IMG/VR virus record: IMGVR_UViG_3300032007_000033
Span: 62,001-126,000 of that record
DNA: 64,000 nucleotides
Reading direction: 5' to 3' (one strand)
DNA from: an uncultured virus (IMG/VR IMGVR_UViG_3300032007_000033)
Lineage: Duplodnaviria > Heunggongvirae > Uroviricota > Caudoviricetes
The position numbers were made by a program, and so were the translations under genes. Positions 30,716-40,456 of this stretch are shown piece after piece (within the stretch, counting starts at the first letter, position 1; each line of letters begins with the position of its first letter). The notes beneath the pieces are model-generated. The model worked only from the letters and a program-made list of their open reading frames with translations. It had not been told where the DNA came from and searched no databases.

Positions 30716-32275
30716 TTAATCCGATTCATATCTTACTTTAATCGTTCCGCAATCATATATCCTATAATATCCCAATTTTTCCATATTTCGCTCTTCAGTC
30801 AAAGATTCGTCGAATTCCTTTGGAAACTTTTTAGCGATATTCTTCTTGGTGAAATTCATTCTATAAAACCTTTCAAACTTTTTTGTATAATAATAATTCG
30901 GTTTGTTTGCCGATATTTTTTTAAATCCGCTAGACAAATAGCCATCGCCGTTGAACAACCGTCTATCGACATAAGAAATGCAATCTTTGCCATAATGTTT
31001 CATCAATTTACTAAATCCGCCGACAACTTGAGTGTTTAATTTCGTGACCATTCTAATTAACTCGTTTTCATTTTTAGTAAATCTCGACTTTCCGAAACCA
31101 ACGCATTGAACCAATTCTCCTTCATAAAACAATCCCAATCTTTCAGAAGAATTACACTCTCCTTGAATATGATTTTCGTCACAGAAGTTTCTAAATTCAC
31201 GGTCGCCAATTTCTTTCACCTCGCATTTTCTAGCGAATATTTTCCGCTCGTAAATTCCCAATGACGAACTTATTATCGATTTGACGATATTTTGCTTGCA
31301 TTTCCATTCGTCCTCAAATACATGAATCAATCTTATTCCTTTTTTCTCACACATGATTGTTTTGTCGAGATGATAATTTTTATTTTTCTGATGTTCCGTG
31401 GAGTGCCAATATAATCCGTCAAATTCTATGGCGACCTTTTTATTAGGAATATAAACATCCAATTCTTTCGGAAAAATCGTTTTTCTGTCGTTTTCTATAA
31501 TTTCGTCACAATAAATGGATTTTACAAATTTTACCAAATCTCGCTCGTCTTTTGAACTGTGCGAATAATTTTTACCGATTTTATCCAATTGTTCATTTAT
31601 TAAAGAAATGTCGCGATTTTTAATATATGGAACATTTTCAAACATAAGCAATTTTACATTCGTTTGTTCCAAACAATAATTCAATGTGCTCGCGGAATGC
31701 TTTACGCTCGGTTCAAATATTTCCGAAAACATGGAACAATCGTTTTCTTCGCAAAATTTTTCGGAAGCGTTTTTAAATCTTTCCTTCCTTCGCCTTCCCA
31801 TTTCCACATTATAATCTTCTATGCTCTTGTATCTTTCGACGATTGTTTCCTTCGCCTTGTCGGAATTTATGAAATCGCAAGTTCCGTAGCGCTTCATGTT
31901 GGTTTTGTTTCTTTTCTCAATCCGTTCCGCAGAATTTGCCTTGCTCGTCTCCGACAATTTCTTTCTAATTTCTTCAAGTTGGGATTTGTTTTCCACTCCG
32001 TATTTTAATAACGAGATTGCCTTTGATTTCTCGGCTTTGGACAAGTTCGCGTATTTCACGATTTTATCCGCCGTTTCTTGGGAGTACATTGCGACTTCTT
32101 TTTTCGCCTTGGGATGGTAGGCTTTCTTCGATTCCAAAAAAGCGGAGTATTTCCTTATGGACTTAATTTGCGAGCGAGGAATGTTGTTATCGCCTAATAT
32201 TTCATTGAGAGTTTCATAGTTTTGAGAAATTAAATTGTCATATTTTTCCGATTTATTGTTTTCCATAAGAAGCAC
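30716..32275 (-). CDS. free-standing Hef-like homing endonuclease, paralog of 26368..27990
   Basis: KYGVENKSQ; ELDVYIP..AIEFDGLYWHS..KGIRLIHVFEDEW; ELIRMVTKLNTQVVGGFSKL. Confidence 0.75.
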   Translation of the reverse strand: MLLMENNKSEKYDNLISQNYETLNEILGDNNIPRSQIKSIRKYSAFLESKKAYHPKAKKEVAMYSQETADKIVKYANLSKAEKSKAISLLKYGVENKSQLEEIRKKLSETSKANSAERIEKRNKTNMKRYGTCDFINSDKAKETIVERYKSIEDYNVEMGRRRKERFKNASEKFCEENDCSMFSEIFEPSVKHSASTLNYCLEQTNVKLLMFENVPYIKNRDISLINEQLDKIGKNYSHSSKDERDLVKFVKSIYCDEIIENDRKTIFPKELDVYIPNKKVAIEFDGLYWHSTEHQKNKNYHLDKTIMCEKKGIRLIHVFEDEWKCKQNIVKSIISSSLGIYERKIFARKCEVKEIGDREFRNFCDENHIQGECNSSERLGLFYEGELVQCVGFGKSRFTKNENELIRMVTKLNTQVVGGFSKLMKHYGKDCISYVDRRLFNGDGYLSSGFKKISANKPNYYYTKKFERFYRMNFTKKNIAKKFPKEFDESLTEERNMEKLGYYRIYDCGTIKVRYESD

Positions 32276-32535
32276 CCCTTTAAATAAAAAAAGAGGAGCA
32301 AGTGTGGACTTCCATTATTTTAAAAGTTTGTATCTCTGTACAACTTGGCCACTCTCCGATGATGTAATAACGACATTGTAAATAGTTAAATCATTCGTTT
32401 AATATTTTAAAACAAATGTCGTAATTTGTCAATCATTTTTCGAGAAAAAATTAACCATTTTATAAAATTAATGGAAGGATAATATGTTTTATAAAATAAT
32501 TAATTGTCAACCGTTCTTTAACTCACACCTCTCTA

Positions 32536-32823
32536 TTAATTTTCAACTGTGAACGAAACCTCAAACTTGGACAAATCGTAGCCGAAAGCGTAGTCGGAGT
32601 AATTCAACCAAACATAGTCGTCGCCGACCGTGACCTTGGGAGTTTCCTCCGTCCATTCTGAAACGATGTCCAACAGTTCCCAAAGAGAGTCGCAAGAAAG
32701 CAACTCGTCCTTTATCTCCAAGCCGACCTCGCTCCAATCCTCGACCTCATGCAAGCGAGCGTCCAAGATTTCGCGGATTTTAATGTGACCGAATATCTCG
32801 GTTTTGTTCAAGTTGAATTTCAT
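32536..32823 (-). CDS. hypothetical acidic protein
   Basis: ORF with GAGGTG SD and YAACTAT motif. Confidence 0.55.
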   Translation of the reverse strand: MKFNLNKTEIFGHIKIREILDARLHEVEDWSEVGLEIKDELLSCDSLWELLDIVSEWTEETPKVTVGDDYVWLNYSDYAFGYDLSKFEVSFTVEN

Positions 32824-32863
32824 GTTTCACCTCAATGACAATCGATATATAATAGTTAAAAAT

Positions 32864-33688
32864 TTATTGGTATTTCTCCACCCATTTTCTCAATATTTCG
32901 GTCTTGGACAAACTTCTCGCTCCCACAACATTGTCGAAATCAAATTTCAAAGCCAAATATTTTTCTTTCGCATAATCGTCGTTCCATTTTACAAAATAAT
33001 GCGAGGATTCGGAAACATTCAAGCCTTCAATTCGTCCGCTATAAAAGCCGACTCGCCTTATCGAACAGTCCGCAGCTTCCCTTTTCACGAACGAAAAATC
33101 ATCGACTTTGGGAATCGGAATTTTCTTTCTAAGTTCGTTTTTCATTTCAAAGACAAAAAATGAGCAAGGAATTTCCGTTTTCATTCCGCATTCGATGAAT
33201 TCACAAGACGGCAGTTCATAGACTTCATTTATCCAAAGAAATGGATTCAATTTATTTTGAACGCTTTCCTTCTTGAACGATTTTGGCAAAATAAACGCCA
33301 CGGTGTCCGCGAATTCGGAGCATTTGTTCACAAATTTTATCGCCAAGCAAGACTGTCGTCCAAAGGGAGGATTGCCTACCGCCAAAACCTTATTTCCTTT
33401 CAATTTGGAGCAATTCAATTTTAAAAAATCCGCCTTTTTCACGCTTGAAGATTGAGGCTCTATGTCGAAAGCCAAACACCCATCAATCAAGTCGGAAAAC
33501 GAACCGTTGCCTGCGGAAGGCTCCACAATCAAATCGAAAGAATTCAAGTTCAATTTCGACAAGCAGAATTCCGCGTTTTCTTTAGTCGTGTAGAATTGTT
33601 CCAAGCCGACATTTCGTTTCATTTTCATCTCCAAAAAAAATCCAATGAATAACAATACCTCAATTTCGTCTTTTCGACAACACCACAA
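32864..33688 (-). CDS. DNA adenine methyltransferase (gamma class)
   Basis: EQFYT, EPSAGNGSF, AFDIEP, DFL, GNPPFG; true start probably the internal Met (MKMKRN). Confidence 0.85.
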   Translation of the reverse strand: MWCCRKDEIEVLLFIGFFLEMKMKRNVGLEQFYTTKENAEFCLSKLNLNSFDLIVEPSAGNGSFSDLIDGCLAFDIEPQSSSVKKADFLKLNCSKLKGNKVLAVGNPPFGRQSCLAIKFVNKCSEFADTVAFILPKSFKKESVQNKLNPFLWINEVYELPSCEFIECGMKTEIPCSFFVFEMKNELRKKIPIPKVDDFSFVKREAADCSIRRVGFYSGRIEGLNVSESSHYFVKWNDDYAKEKYLALKFDFDNVVGARSLSKTEILRKWVEKYQ

Positions 33689-33689
33689 T

Positions 33690-34094
33690 TCAAGCGGTTT
33701 CGTATTTTGAAAAATCCAATGTTCTATGATTGTCGCTCGAATCGTTGATGTATGCGGTTATGGCCTTGTTTCCCCTAACCACCAAGCAAATATCCTCCAA
33801 CTCGTTCATTTTGGCTCGAACCACATACTTAGCGACCTTCTCCTTTCCGTTGATTTCCTTGGTTTCCACCTCGAAGGGAGCGACGGGCTTTTTCTTCAAT
33901 CCATCTAACACTTTCCATACATTCTCGGCGGTCACGGAGTTGTGCGACCTATCCTTGCATTCTATTCTCTCAATCAAGTGCTTGGTAAAGATGTAGTTCT
34001 TCACCGTTCTTTGTTGTTCGATGGCTTGTTCGATTAGTTCTTGCGGAAGGAAGATGTCCTTGTGGTACAGTTTAATGTTTTTTAATTCGTTCAT
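33690..34094 (-). CDS. hypothetical protein (possible RelE/DUF4258-like fold)
   Basis: FTKHLIER..AITAYIN; probable leaderless ATG 5 nt after CAACTATTT. Confidence 0.45.
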   Translation of the reverse strand: MNELKNIKLYHKDIFLPQELIEQAIEQQRTVKNYIFTKHLIERIECKDRSHNSVTAENVWKVLDGLKKKPVAPFEVETKEINGKEKVAKYVVRAKMNELEDICLVVRGNKAITAYINDSSDNHRTLDFSKYETA

Positions 34095-34120
34095 GGAAAA
34101 AATAGTTGGGAAAAATAAAA

Positions 34121-34153
34121 AAAAAGACCTAGAAACAAATCTAGGTCTTTTTT
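34121..34153. terminator. intrinsic terminator
   Basis: AAGACCTAGA/TCTAGGTCTT with flanking A and T runs. Confidence 0.75.
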
Positions 34154-34173
34154 CAGTCAAAGACTATCGTGAA

Positions 34174-34818
34174 TTAGCGAGAGCACTTCTCCGCGCAAAT
34201 TCCGTCGTCGTCGCCTTCGTCCTCTTCTTCAACAGTCTCTTCCTCGGCTTTCTTGGCCATGCGAGCCTTCAAAGCGCGGAGTCTGCGGATTTTGGCTAGG
34301 CGAGATTTCTCGGCGATTTCGTCTTCCTTGTCGAGTTCGTCCTCTTCCGTAACTTCCTCTTCACCTTCGGCCTTCTTGGCGTTCTTCAAGGCGCGGAGTT
34401 TGCGGATGCGAGCCAAGCGAGCGCGACGAAGAGCGTCTTTCTTCTCGTCCTCTTCCTCAACGACTTCTTCCTCTTCTGTGGCTTCGTCTTCGGCTTTCTT
34501 GGCATTCTTCAAAGCCTTGATTCTAGCGATGCGAGCCTTGCGGAGGGCTTGGATTTCGTCTGCGGGGAACTCGGCAGGTTCGTCGTTCTCGTCGGCAGTC
34601 ACAGTCTCGGCTTCCACCTTCTTGATGGCGCGAAGTTTGCGGATTTTGGCAAGGCGCTTGGCCTTCTCAATGTCGTACTCAACTGTGTCTTCGATGGGAG
34701 TCGTGTCCACAACTCCTACATCCTCAACATCGTCCGCCTCAACCAAGATTTTGGCTCCCTTGGAAATAATCTTTCCTTCGACCATAATCGACTTCTTCAA
34801 AAAAATTGACTTCTTCAT
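34174..34818 (-). CDS. prohead scaffold/core-like protein
   Basis: Alternating acidic blocks and four basic RLA(K/R)IR(K/R)LRA(L/I)K-like repeats. Confidence 0.55.
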   Translation of the reverse strand: MKKSIFLKKSIMVEGKIISKGAKILVEADDVEDVGVVDTTPIEDTVEYDIEKAKRLAKIRKLRAIKKVEAETVTADENDEPAEFPADEIQALRKARIARIKALKNAKKAEDEATEEEEVVEEEDEKKDALRRARLARIRKLRALKNAKKAEGEEEVTEEDELDKEDEIAEKSRLAKIRRLRALKARMAKKAEEETVEEEDEGDDDGICAEKCSR

Positions 34819-34903
34819 TTCTTCTTTCTCCTATATAGGTTTTTTTGAAACAATATTGTTTAAGGATAAACTATCCTTCAATCAACTAAAAATAGTTACT
34901 TTT

Positions 34904-35467
34904 TCACACGCTCGGATATATGATATTGAAGCAGTTCAAAGTAACATCCACACTCAAAGGGTCTCCGCTCTCTTCGTCGAACTCCAATCCGCTCAATGTG
35001 GTTGGGAAGCAACCTTGGCATATCCAAATAGAGTTGGGAGTACCTGCGATGTTGTTGTCGTCCAAATTGTCAATCGCCCAAATCTCGATGGGTGCTCGGA
35101 ACAAACTCGCTCCGCCTTCTCCGCTAGGGCCACTGTCGGAGGCCATGAACATCGTCTCGTTGTTCTGAATGTATGACATCCAATTGGACAAAGCCTTGTA
35201 TGTGAGCAACTTCTTGTCAGGTCTGAAACTGAACGAAATCTCTCTGCTCTGCTCGCTCATTCCGTTGGGACGGTCAAACTGACGGCCTCGTTTGGTAATC
35301 GTGTAAGTTCCTATCGTTTTGTCTGGAATCGACACATTCGTGATGCGGAATGTGAGTTGGTCATTAACGCCTGCCAATTGCGACACTGTCGTCGGCAAAA
35401 TTATCGAGTACTTGTTTGCTAGGGCATCTTCGCCAAGTGAACTTAACACATCTAAAATATGAGCCAT
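34904..35467 (-). CDS. tail tube protein (gp19-like)
   Basis: NKYSI..ITNVSIPDKTIG..KRGR..WICQGCFPTTLSGLEFD..VTL. Confidence 0.75.
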   Translation of the reverse strand: MAHILDVLSSLGEDALANKYSIILPTTVSQLAGVNDQLTFRITNVSIPDKTIGTYTITKRGRQFDRPNGMSEQSREISFSFRPDKKLLTYKALSNWMSYIQNNETMFMASDSGPSGEGGASLFRAPIEIWAIDNLDDNNIAGTPNSIWICQGCFPTTLSGLEFDEESGDPLSVDVTLNCFNIIYPSV

Positions 35468-35674
35468 ATGTATCTTCTCCTATCTAAATAAAATAGTTAA
35501 TAAAATTTCTTTTATCAATATAGTTAAGATAGTTATTATTTGTGAAAAAGTGGTTTTGATAGGTATAACCACATTCATATTATCATTGTCATTTTGAATA
35601 TGCATAACTATTTGCATAAATGAATAAAGTTTTATGCGGATGCGGTATATGATGAAAAATCCTAGCGTAAGGAG

Positions 35675-37765
35675 GTGAAAAATATGAATCCGTCGGATTT
35701 TAACAGTTTAAAAGACATGGAAAACGATATACTTCGACACCCAGAAAACGATTTATCGTACTTAGATAATATTCTTAATTCTAATCTATTTACTCAAGCC
35801 GAAGTTGAAGATATTAATTCAGCGTTAGGTTTAATTTTGCACGATGAACGATTATCTGAAAGAGAAAAGGGTAATTTGCTTGATAACAGTTGGAAAATAA
35901 ATCATAAATTTAGACCGCCAACTCCTGAAGAATTTTTAACAGAAACTTGGATAGGTGGGCAAGCAAAAGACATATATCCTCATTGCAAAAAAGTATTTCT
36001 TGATTATTTTAATCCATTAATTAATCGTAATACATGTATTTTATATGCCCCTATCGGTTATGGTAAAACAACTTTAGTTGCTCTAATGAATCTATATCGA
36101 ATTATTGTTACATTATCTTATCGTAATATAAATAAACAATTCAAATTGGCGGAATCTACTCGTTTGTGTGATATCAGTGTTAGTTTTTCAAAACAAGTTA
36201 GTTACGATATGATTGTGAAACCAATGACAACTCTTATGGAAATTTCTTCTAAATTTGAAAGAGTTAGATATGAACGAGATATGACAGACCCTTCTAAAAA
36301 TGAAGAAGGTAAAATCTTATTCTGTAATACAAGTAAAGGTAACGCCATCATTCGCATTGGTGATGTATACATGGAATGTGCAAGTTCTCCTAGCGACCTT
36401 GTAGGTAGGACAGCTTGCATCATAAATTTAAATGAACTAGCAAATTTAAGTAAAGTTATGCCTGAAGATAGAATTATGGAAATGCTTGAAGAATCTCAAA
36501 ACCGTATTATTTCTCGTTTCGGTAAAAATAGTCCAAACGCATCTCTCATAATAGATACCTCACCAAACTCACTTGAAAGTAGAATAGACCAATGGATTGA
36601 TAAACATAAAACTGATGATGATGTTTTATATATAAACTGCAAAAAATGGGATGTGCAAGAACATGTCTTTCCCATATGGCAAAAAGACCACAGTAAAGTA
36701 TTCCCTATTTTTAAAGGTACTTCTACTCAACCGACAAAAATTATCACAGAAGAAGAACGTAAAAATTACGACCCTAACGATATTGTTGATTTCCCTATCG
36801 ACTTATATACTGTAGCCAAAGATAATGTCGCTAAATGTATGCGTGATTTCGGTGCAATACCAACCGCAGGTTCTGATACAAAACTCTTCACTAATCATCA
36901 ACTTATAGACCAATGTTTCGTGCCAAATCTTAAAAACTTTTATATGTTTGAATATGCAAGTTATTTATTGGCGCCTGAAACACTATTGTGGGATAAAGTC
37001 AGACCTTTATTCTATGTCTACACAGGAAAACAAAATTCTTTCAGATTAAAACGCTATCCTTCCGCTGAACGATTTGTTCATATAGATATGGCGGAAAAGA
37101 AAGATATGGCTGGCGTCTCTATGGTACACCTTGAAACCGATAAAATCGGAAGAAAGATGTATGTTGCTGATTTTACTTTACCAATTATGAGTAAAAAAGA
37201 CGATAAAATAAACTTGGATAGTTTCAAATATTTAGTTTATTGCATGAAGATTTATGGAAATACAAATATTAAAAAAGCAACATACGATGGTTTTGAATCA
37301 AAAAGTTCTATTCAATTTTTAGAAAGAAATGGTATTGAATGTGAAAGATTGTCGTTGGATTCTACACCTGATTATTATCTTTCATTTGCTTCTTGGGTCA
37401 TGCAAGGTAGAGTAAAAATCGGTAAAAACTTGGTTATGAAAAACAACATGAAATCTTTAATCACTACTAACGAAGGACATAATGGAAAAGAGAGCAAAAG
37501 CGGAAAACTCATTGTAGACCATGTTCAAGGAGATTGGATTGATTTAGAAAATTCTGATTGGGAAAAATCGAAATGTGGATATTTTGGAAAAGATTTGTCT
37601 GACTCATTCGTTGGTGCTTGTACAAACGCTGATAAAAGTAATGTAAATTACGCGTCATTCTTATATGACGACACCGATGAAAAAGAGGATTGCTCGCAAA
37701 AAAATGAAAAAAAACTTCAAGACGAATTGTATGAAAAATTCGGCTTAAAGTTTAAAAAGAAATAA
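35675..37765 (+). CDS. terminase large subunit
   Basis: PPTPEEFL, Walker A APIGYGKT, NLNE, IIDTSP, RNase H-like HIDMA..D, YDGFES, KDLSDS. Confidence 0.85.
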   Translation: MKNMNPSDFNSLKDMENDILRHPENDLSYLDNILNSNLFTQAEVEDINSALGLILHDERLSEREKGNLLDNSWKINHKFRPPTPEEFLTETWIGGQAKDIYPHCKKVFLDYFNPLINRNTCILYAPIGYGKTTLVALMNLYRIIVTLSYRNINKQFKLAESTRLCDISVSFSKQVSYDMIVKPMTTLMEISSKFERVRYERDMTDPSKNEEGKILFCNTSKGNAIIRIGDVYMECASSPSDLVGRTACIINLNELANLSKVMPEDRIMEMLEESQNRIISRFGKNSPNASLIIDTSPNSLESRIDQWIDKHKTDDDVLYINCKKWDVQEHVFPIWQKDHSKVFPIFKGTSTQPTKIITEEERKNYDPNDIVDFPIDLYTVAKDNVAKCMRDFGAIPTAGSDTKLFTNHQLIDQCFVPNLKNFYMFEYASYLLAPETLLWDKVRPLFYVYTGKQNSFRLKRYPSAERFVHIDMAEKKDMAGVSMVHLETDKIGRKMYVADFTLPIMSKKDDKINLDSFKYLVYCMKIYGNTNIKKATYDGFESKSSIQFLERNGIECERLSLDSTPDYYLSFASWVMQGRVKIGKNLVMKNNMKSLITTNEGHNGKESKSGKLIVDHVQGDWIDLENSDWEKSKCGYFGKDLSDSFVGACTNADKSNVNYASFLYDDTDEKEDCSQKNEKKLQDELYEKFGLKFKKK

Positions 37766-37776
37766 TTCAAAAAATT

Positions 37777-38082
37777 TTAATCAACCCAAAGTTTAAATTC
37801 TTTGAGTGCATCGTTAAGTTTGTTATAAAATTTGCACGCATAAAATCTATCGGACACATTAAAGAAAAATACTTGATAACAATCATAATGTTCATCTCCG
37901 ATATTTCCCTCGCCTACACTAAGCACAAGGTTTCTCGCTTGTCCTAAATATACATATTCTATTGTACTAACATGTTTTTTATTAGAATATTCGTCATAAA
38001 AATAAACATCATATCCCACTTCATATTTTTCAACTTCTGCTGAAATAATTTCATCAACAGATTTATCGTTGTCTACATTCAT
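37777..38082 (-). CDS. hypothetical protein
   Basis: ORF with SD and YAACTAT motif. Confidence 0.5.
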   Translation of the reverse strand: MNVDNDKSVDEIISAEVEKYEVGYDVYFYDEYSNKKHVSTIEYVYLGQARNLVLSVGEGNIGDEHYDCYQVFFFNVSDRFYACKFYNKLNDALKEFKLWVD

Positions 38083-38121
38083 AATACACTCCTAAAAAAT
38101 TTATATTTATTAATAATATAG

Positions 38122-38862
38122 TTATAAATCAAACAAATCTGCATTACTTTCCTCTATCCTTTTCTTGGCGATTTCAAAATAATTTTCATCAAGTTCAATG
38201 CCTATAAAATTTCTTTTTGTGGCACAACAAGCGACTCCACAACTGCCACTTCCCATGCAATTGTCCAAAACCCATTCACCCTCGCTAGTATAGGTCTTAA
38301 TTAAATATTGTAAAAGAGCAATTGGTTTTTGAGTAGGATGTAATGAAGAATTTTGCGTGTCAGTTGAAAACACTTGAATACTTCTTGGATAACGGTCTGT
38401 GGAATCATACAAGTTTTCTCCGCAACTACCATAAACTTCACCTTGTTGATTATCTGTCCTATAAGAAACTTTTCTCTTATGCCCATGAGTCATTTGAGGA
38501 TTATATTTACATTGTTGCTTATAGAACACGCTTATTAATTCATGATTTCTCATAGGTTGTTTCTTTGCGTTGAGAAATCCCACACCTTTTACCTTATCCC
38601 AAATCCAATCGTACTTATATTCCTTTATGTTGCTCAATCTTAAATAAGATGAAAAGGGTTCTTGTCCAAACAAAACAATCGCTCCGTTATCTTTAATCAC
38701 TCTATGATATTGTTCCCATAATGGTTCAAACGGAATTACCGTATCAAAACTCGCTTGGGTAGTTCCGTAAGGTAAATCAGCCAAAATCATATCGATTGAT
38801 TTATCTGCAATTTTATTCATTTCTACAAGACAATCGCCTTTATATAAAGTAACATCTGACAT
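38122..38862 (-). CDS. DNA methyltransferase (N6/N4, beta class)
   Basis: ADLPYG, HPTQKP, VLDNCMGSGS, FIGIELD. Confidence 0.9.
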   Translation of the reverse strand: MSDVTLYKGDCLVEMNKIADKSIDMILADLPYGTTQASFDTVIPFEPLWEQYHRVIKDNGAIVLFGQEPFSSYLRLSNIKEYKYDWIWDKVKGVGFLNAKKQPMRNHELISVFYKQQCKYNPQMTHGHKRKVSYRTDNQQGEVYGSCGENLYDSTDRYPRSIQVFSTDTQNSSLHPTQKPIALLQYLIKTYTSEGEWVLDNCMGSGSCGVACCATKRNFIGIELDENYFEIAKKRIEESNADLFDL

Positions 38863-39108
38863 TTATTCCTCCTTTTCTTCTTTTACCGAACGGTAATAAT
38901 TTGTACAATTTGAGTTAATTTCGTACTCAATTTTACCGATAGGTAAAACATGAGTTATATGACAAGCATAGTTTTCTTCATAATAATTTAATTTTTTCAA
39001 AAGTTCTTGAATTACATTCCAATAAATATCCGTCATACTGTTCATGTTACACCTCAAAATTGTATTATCATTATAATTTAATATTTATTGAAAAAAATCA
39101 ATAGAATT

Positions 39109-40254
39109 CTATAAAATTCCGTATTCTTGAAAGTATTTTGTTAATTCTTTTTCGACCGTTTTAAGATTATTAAGTCTTATTAGGATAATTCCATTATTTT
39201 TACAATAATCATTTTTAATTTGGTCTCGAAATTGAATTTGCTTAAAATTTTCCATCAATTGTTCTTCTGTCAAATTAGCACCAAAACTGCAAGGAGAAAA
39301 ATGTTGTCCACCATCAAATTCAATACAAATATTAAATTTTGGAAGATAAAAATCAAATGGAAGTGAATGTATATTTACACAATCTTTAAATTTCTTTTCT
39401 CTTTCAAAATTTATATGATTGTTCATTAAAAAGTTATATACTTCTATTTCACCTTTTGATTCATCACAAATAGGACATCCTTGACCATTTGAATGATTAT
39501 TTGGTGTTTGTTGGAATCCGCCGTGTTTTGGACAAATAATAATCACTTTCGTATGTGCATTAATATAATTAACTTTAGAATAATCATATTTTCCAAGACC
39601 TTGGACTTTGTTTGCTTTTTCTATAAATTCTGCTAATGTCATCCTGCGTTTATTTGCTCGTTTTTCAATTCCACATAAACGACATCCTTTACCTCTTAAA
39701 TGATGATTTGGAGTTTGTTCAAATTCATAAGGTCTATTTTTATTTTTACAAGTTTTACAAATAATAAGAATTTTAGTTGCATCATTCACATAAACAACTT
39801 TAGAATAATCATATAAATCTCCATAAATCAATTTCGCATTTTCTATAAATTCTTCTAAAGTTGATTTTTGTTTTTCATGACCTTGTATATTCCCACAAAC
39901 TTTACAACCTTGTCCTCGTAAATGATTGTTAGGTGTTTGTGGAAAAGGTTTATGTCCTTTAATTCTGCAAATAATTTCAACTTTTACATCATTTTTCACA
40001 TAAACTACATTTGAATAATCATATCTATCTCCATGTCTTCTTAAAGCCTTTCTGATAAAAGTTTTAGTTTTCTCGTCTTTATTAAAATATCTTTCGTTAA
40101 TAATCCGTTCAATTTCTTCTTCAGATAATTTTGGATATTCAACCGTTTGATTTTCCGATTTTGGAGTGTCAACGGAAACACATTCTTTACAGTTACAATT
40201 TTCTTGATTAATTTTTGTCTTATCATAAGACATCATTCGATTTAATACATTCAT
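39109..40254 (-). CDS. zinc-finger-repeat (x3) PD-(D/E)xK endonuclease, copy 2
   Basis: Same N-terminus as copies 1 and 3; three repeats; FDFYLP..ICIEFDGGQHF. Confidence 0.8.
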   Translation of the reverse strand: MNVLNRMMSYDKTKINQENCNCKECVSVDTPKSENQTVEYPKLSEEEIERIINERYFNKDEKTKTFIRKALRRHGDRYDYSNVVYVKNDVKVEIICRIKGHKPFPQTPNNHLRGQGCKVCGNIQGHEKQKSTLEEFIENAKLIYGDLYDYSKVVYVNDATKILIICKTCKNKNRPYEFEQTPNHHLRGKGCRLCGIEKRANKRRMTLAEFIEKANKVQGLGKYDYSKVNYINAHTKVIIICPKHGGFQQTPNNHSNGQGCPICDESKGEIEVYNFLMNNHINFEREKKFKDCVNIHSLPFDFYLPKFNICIEFDGGQHFSPCSFGANLTEEQLMENFKQIQFRDQIKNDYCKNNGIILIRLNNLKTVEKELTKYFQEYGIL

Positions 40255-40336
40255 AAATCTAATCTCCTATAAAAATTATTTTTACGTTGTTAGTACCAAC
40301 ATCACATTAAATAGTTAATGCTAAAAATAGATTGTT

Positions 40337-40416
40337 AAAAAAATTAAAGAGGTGTGGTTGAACGAGATTAGGAATTCAACCAATGTATAAGGTACTAACT
40401 TACACTCACCTCTTTA
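40337..40416 (-). ncRNA. putative two-loop antisense sRNA cognate to nuclease copy 2
   Basis: Closing stem UAAAGAGGUG/CACCUCUUUA; loop UUAGUAC matches leader loop GUACUAA; loop CUAAUCUC matches GAGAUUAG at the RBS; own TAACTATTT at 40425-40433. Confidence 0.75.
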
Positions 40417-40456
40417 TAAATAATAAATAGTTAATAATTAATTTTCAATCCTAATT

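Noticed and set aside
32290..32365. Possible SAM-I riboswitch (AUC..GAGAG start)
   Set aside because: Lacks the GAGGGA/GCCC kink-turn and GCAACC/GUGC core.
34253..35176. 307-aa plus-strand Ser/Ala-rich ORF
   Set aside because: Antisense shadow of the scaffold-like and tail tube genes; low complexity and no RBS.
35675..37765. Intein or group I intron in terminase
   Set aside because: Continuous ORF with no C..HN-C/S/T intein ends or LAGLIDADG motifs.
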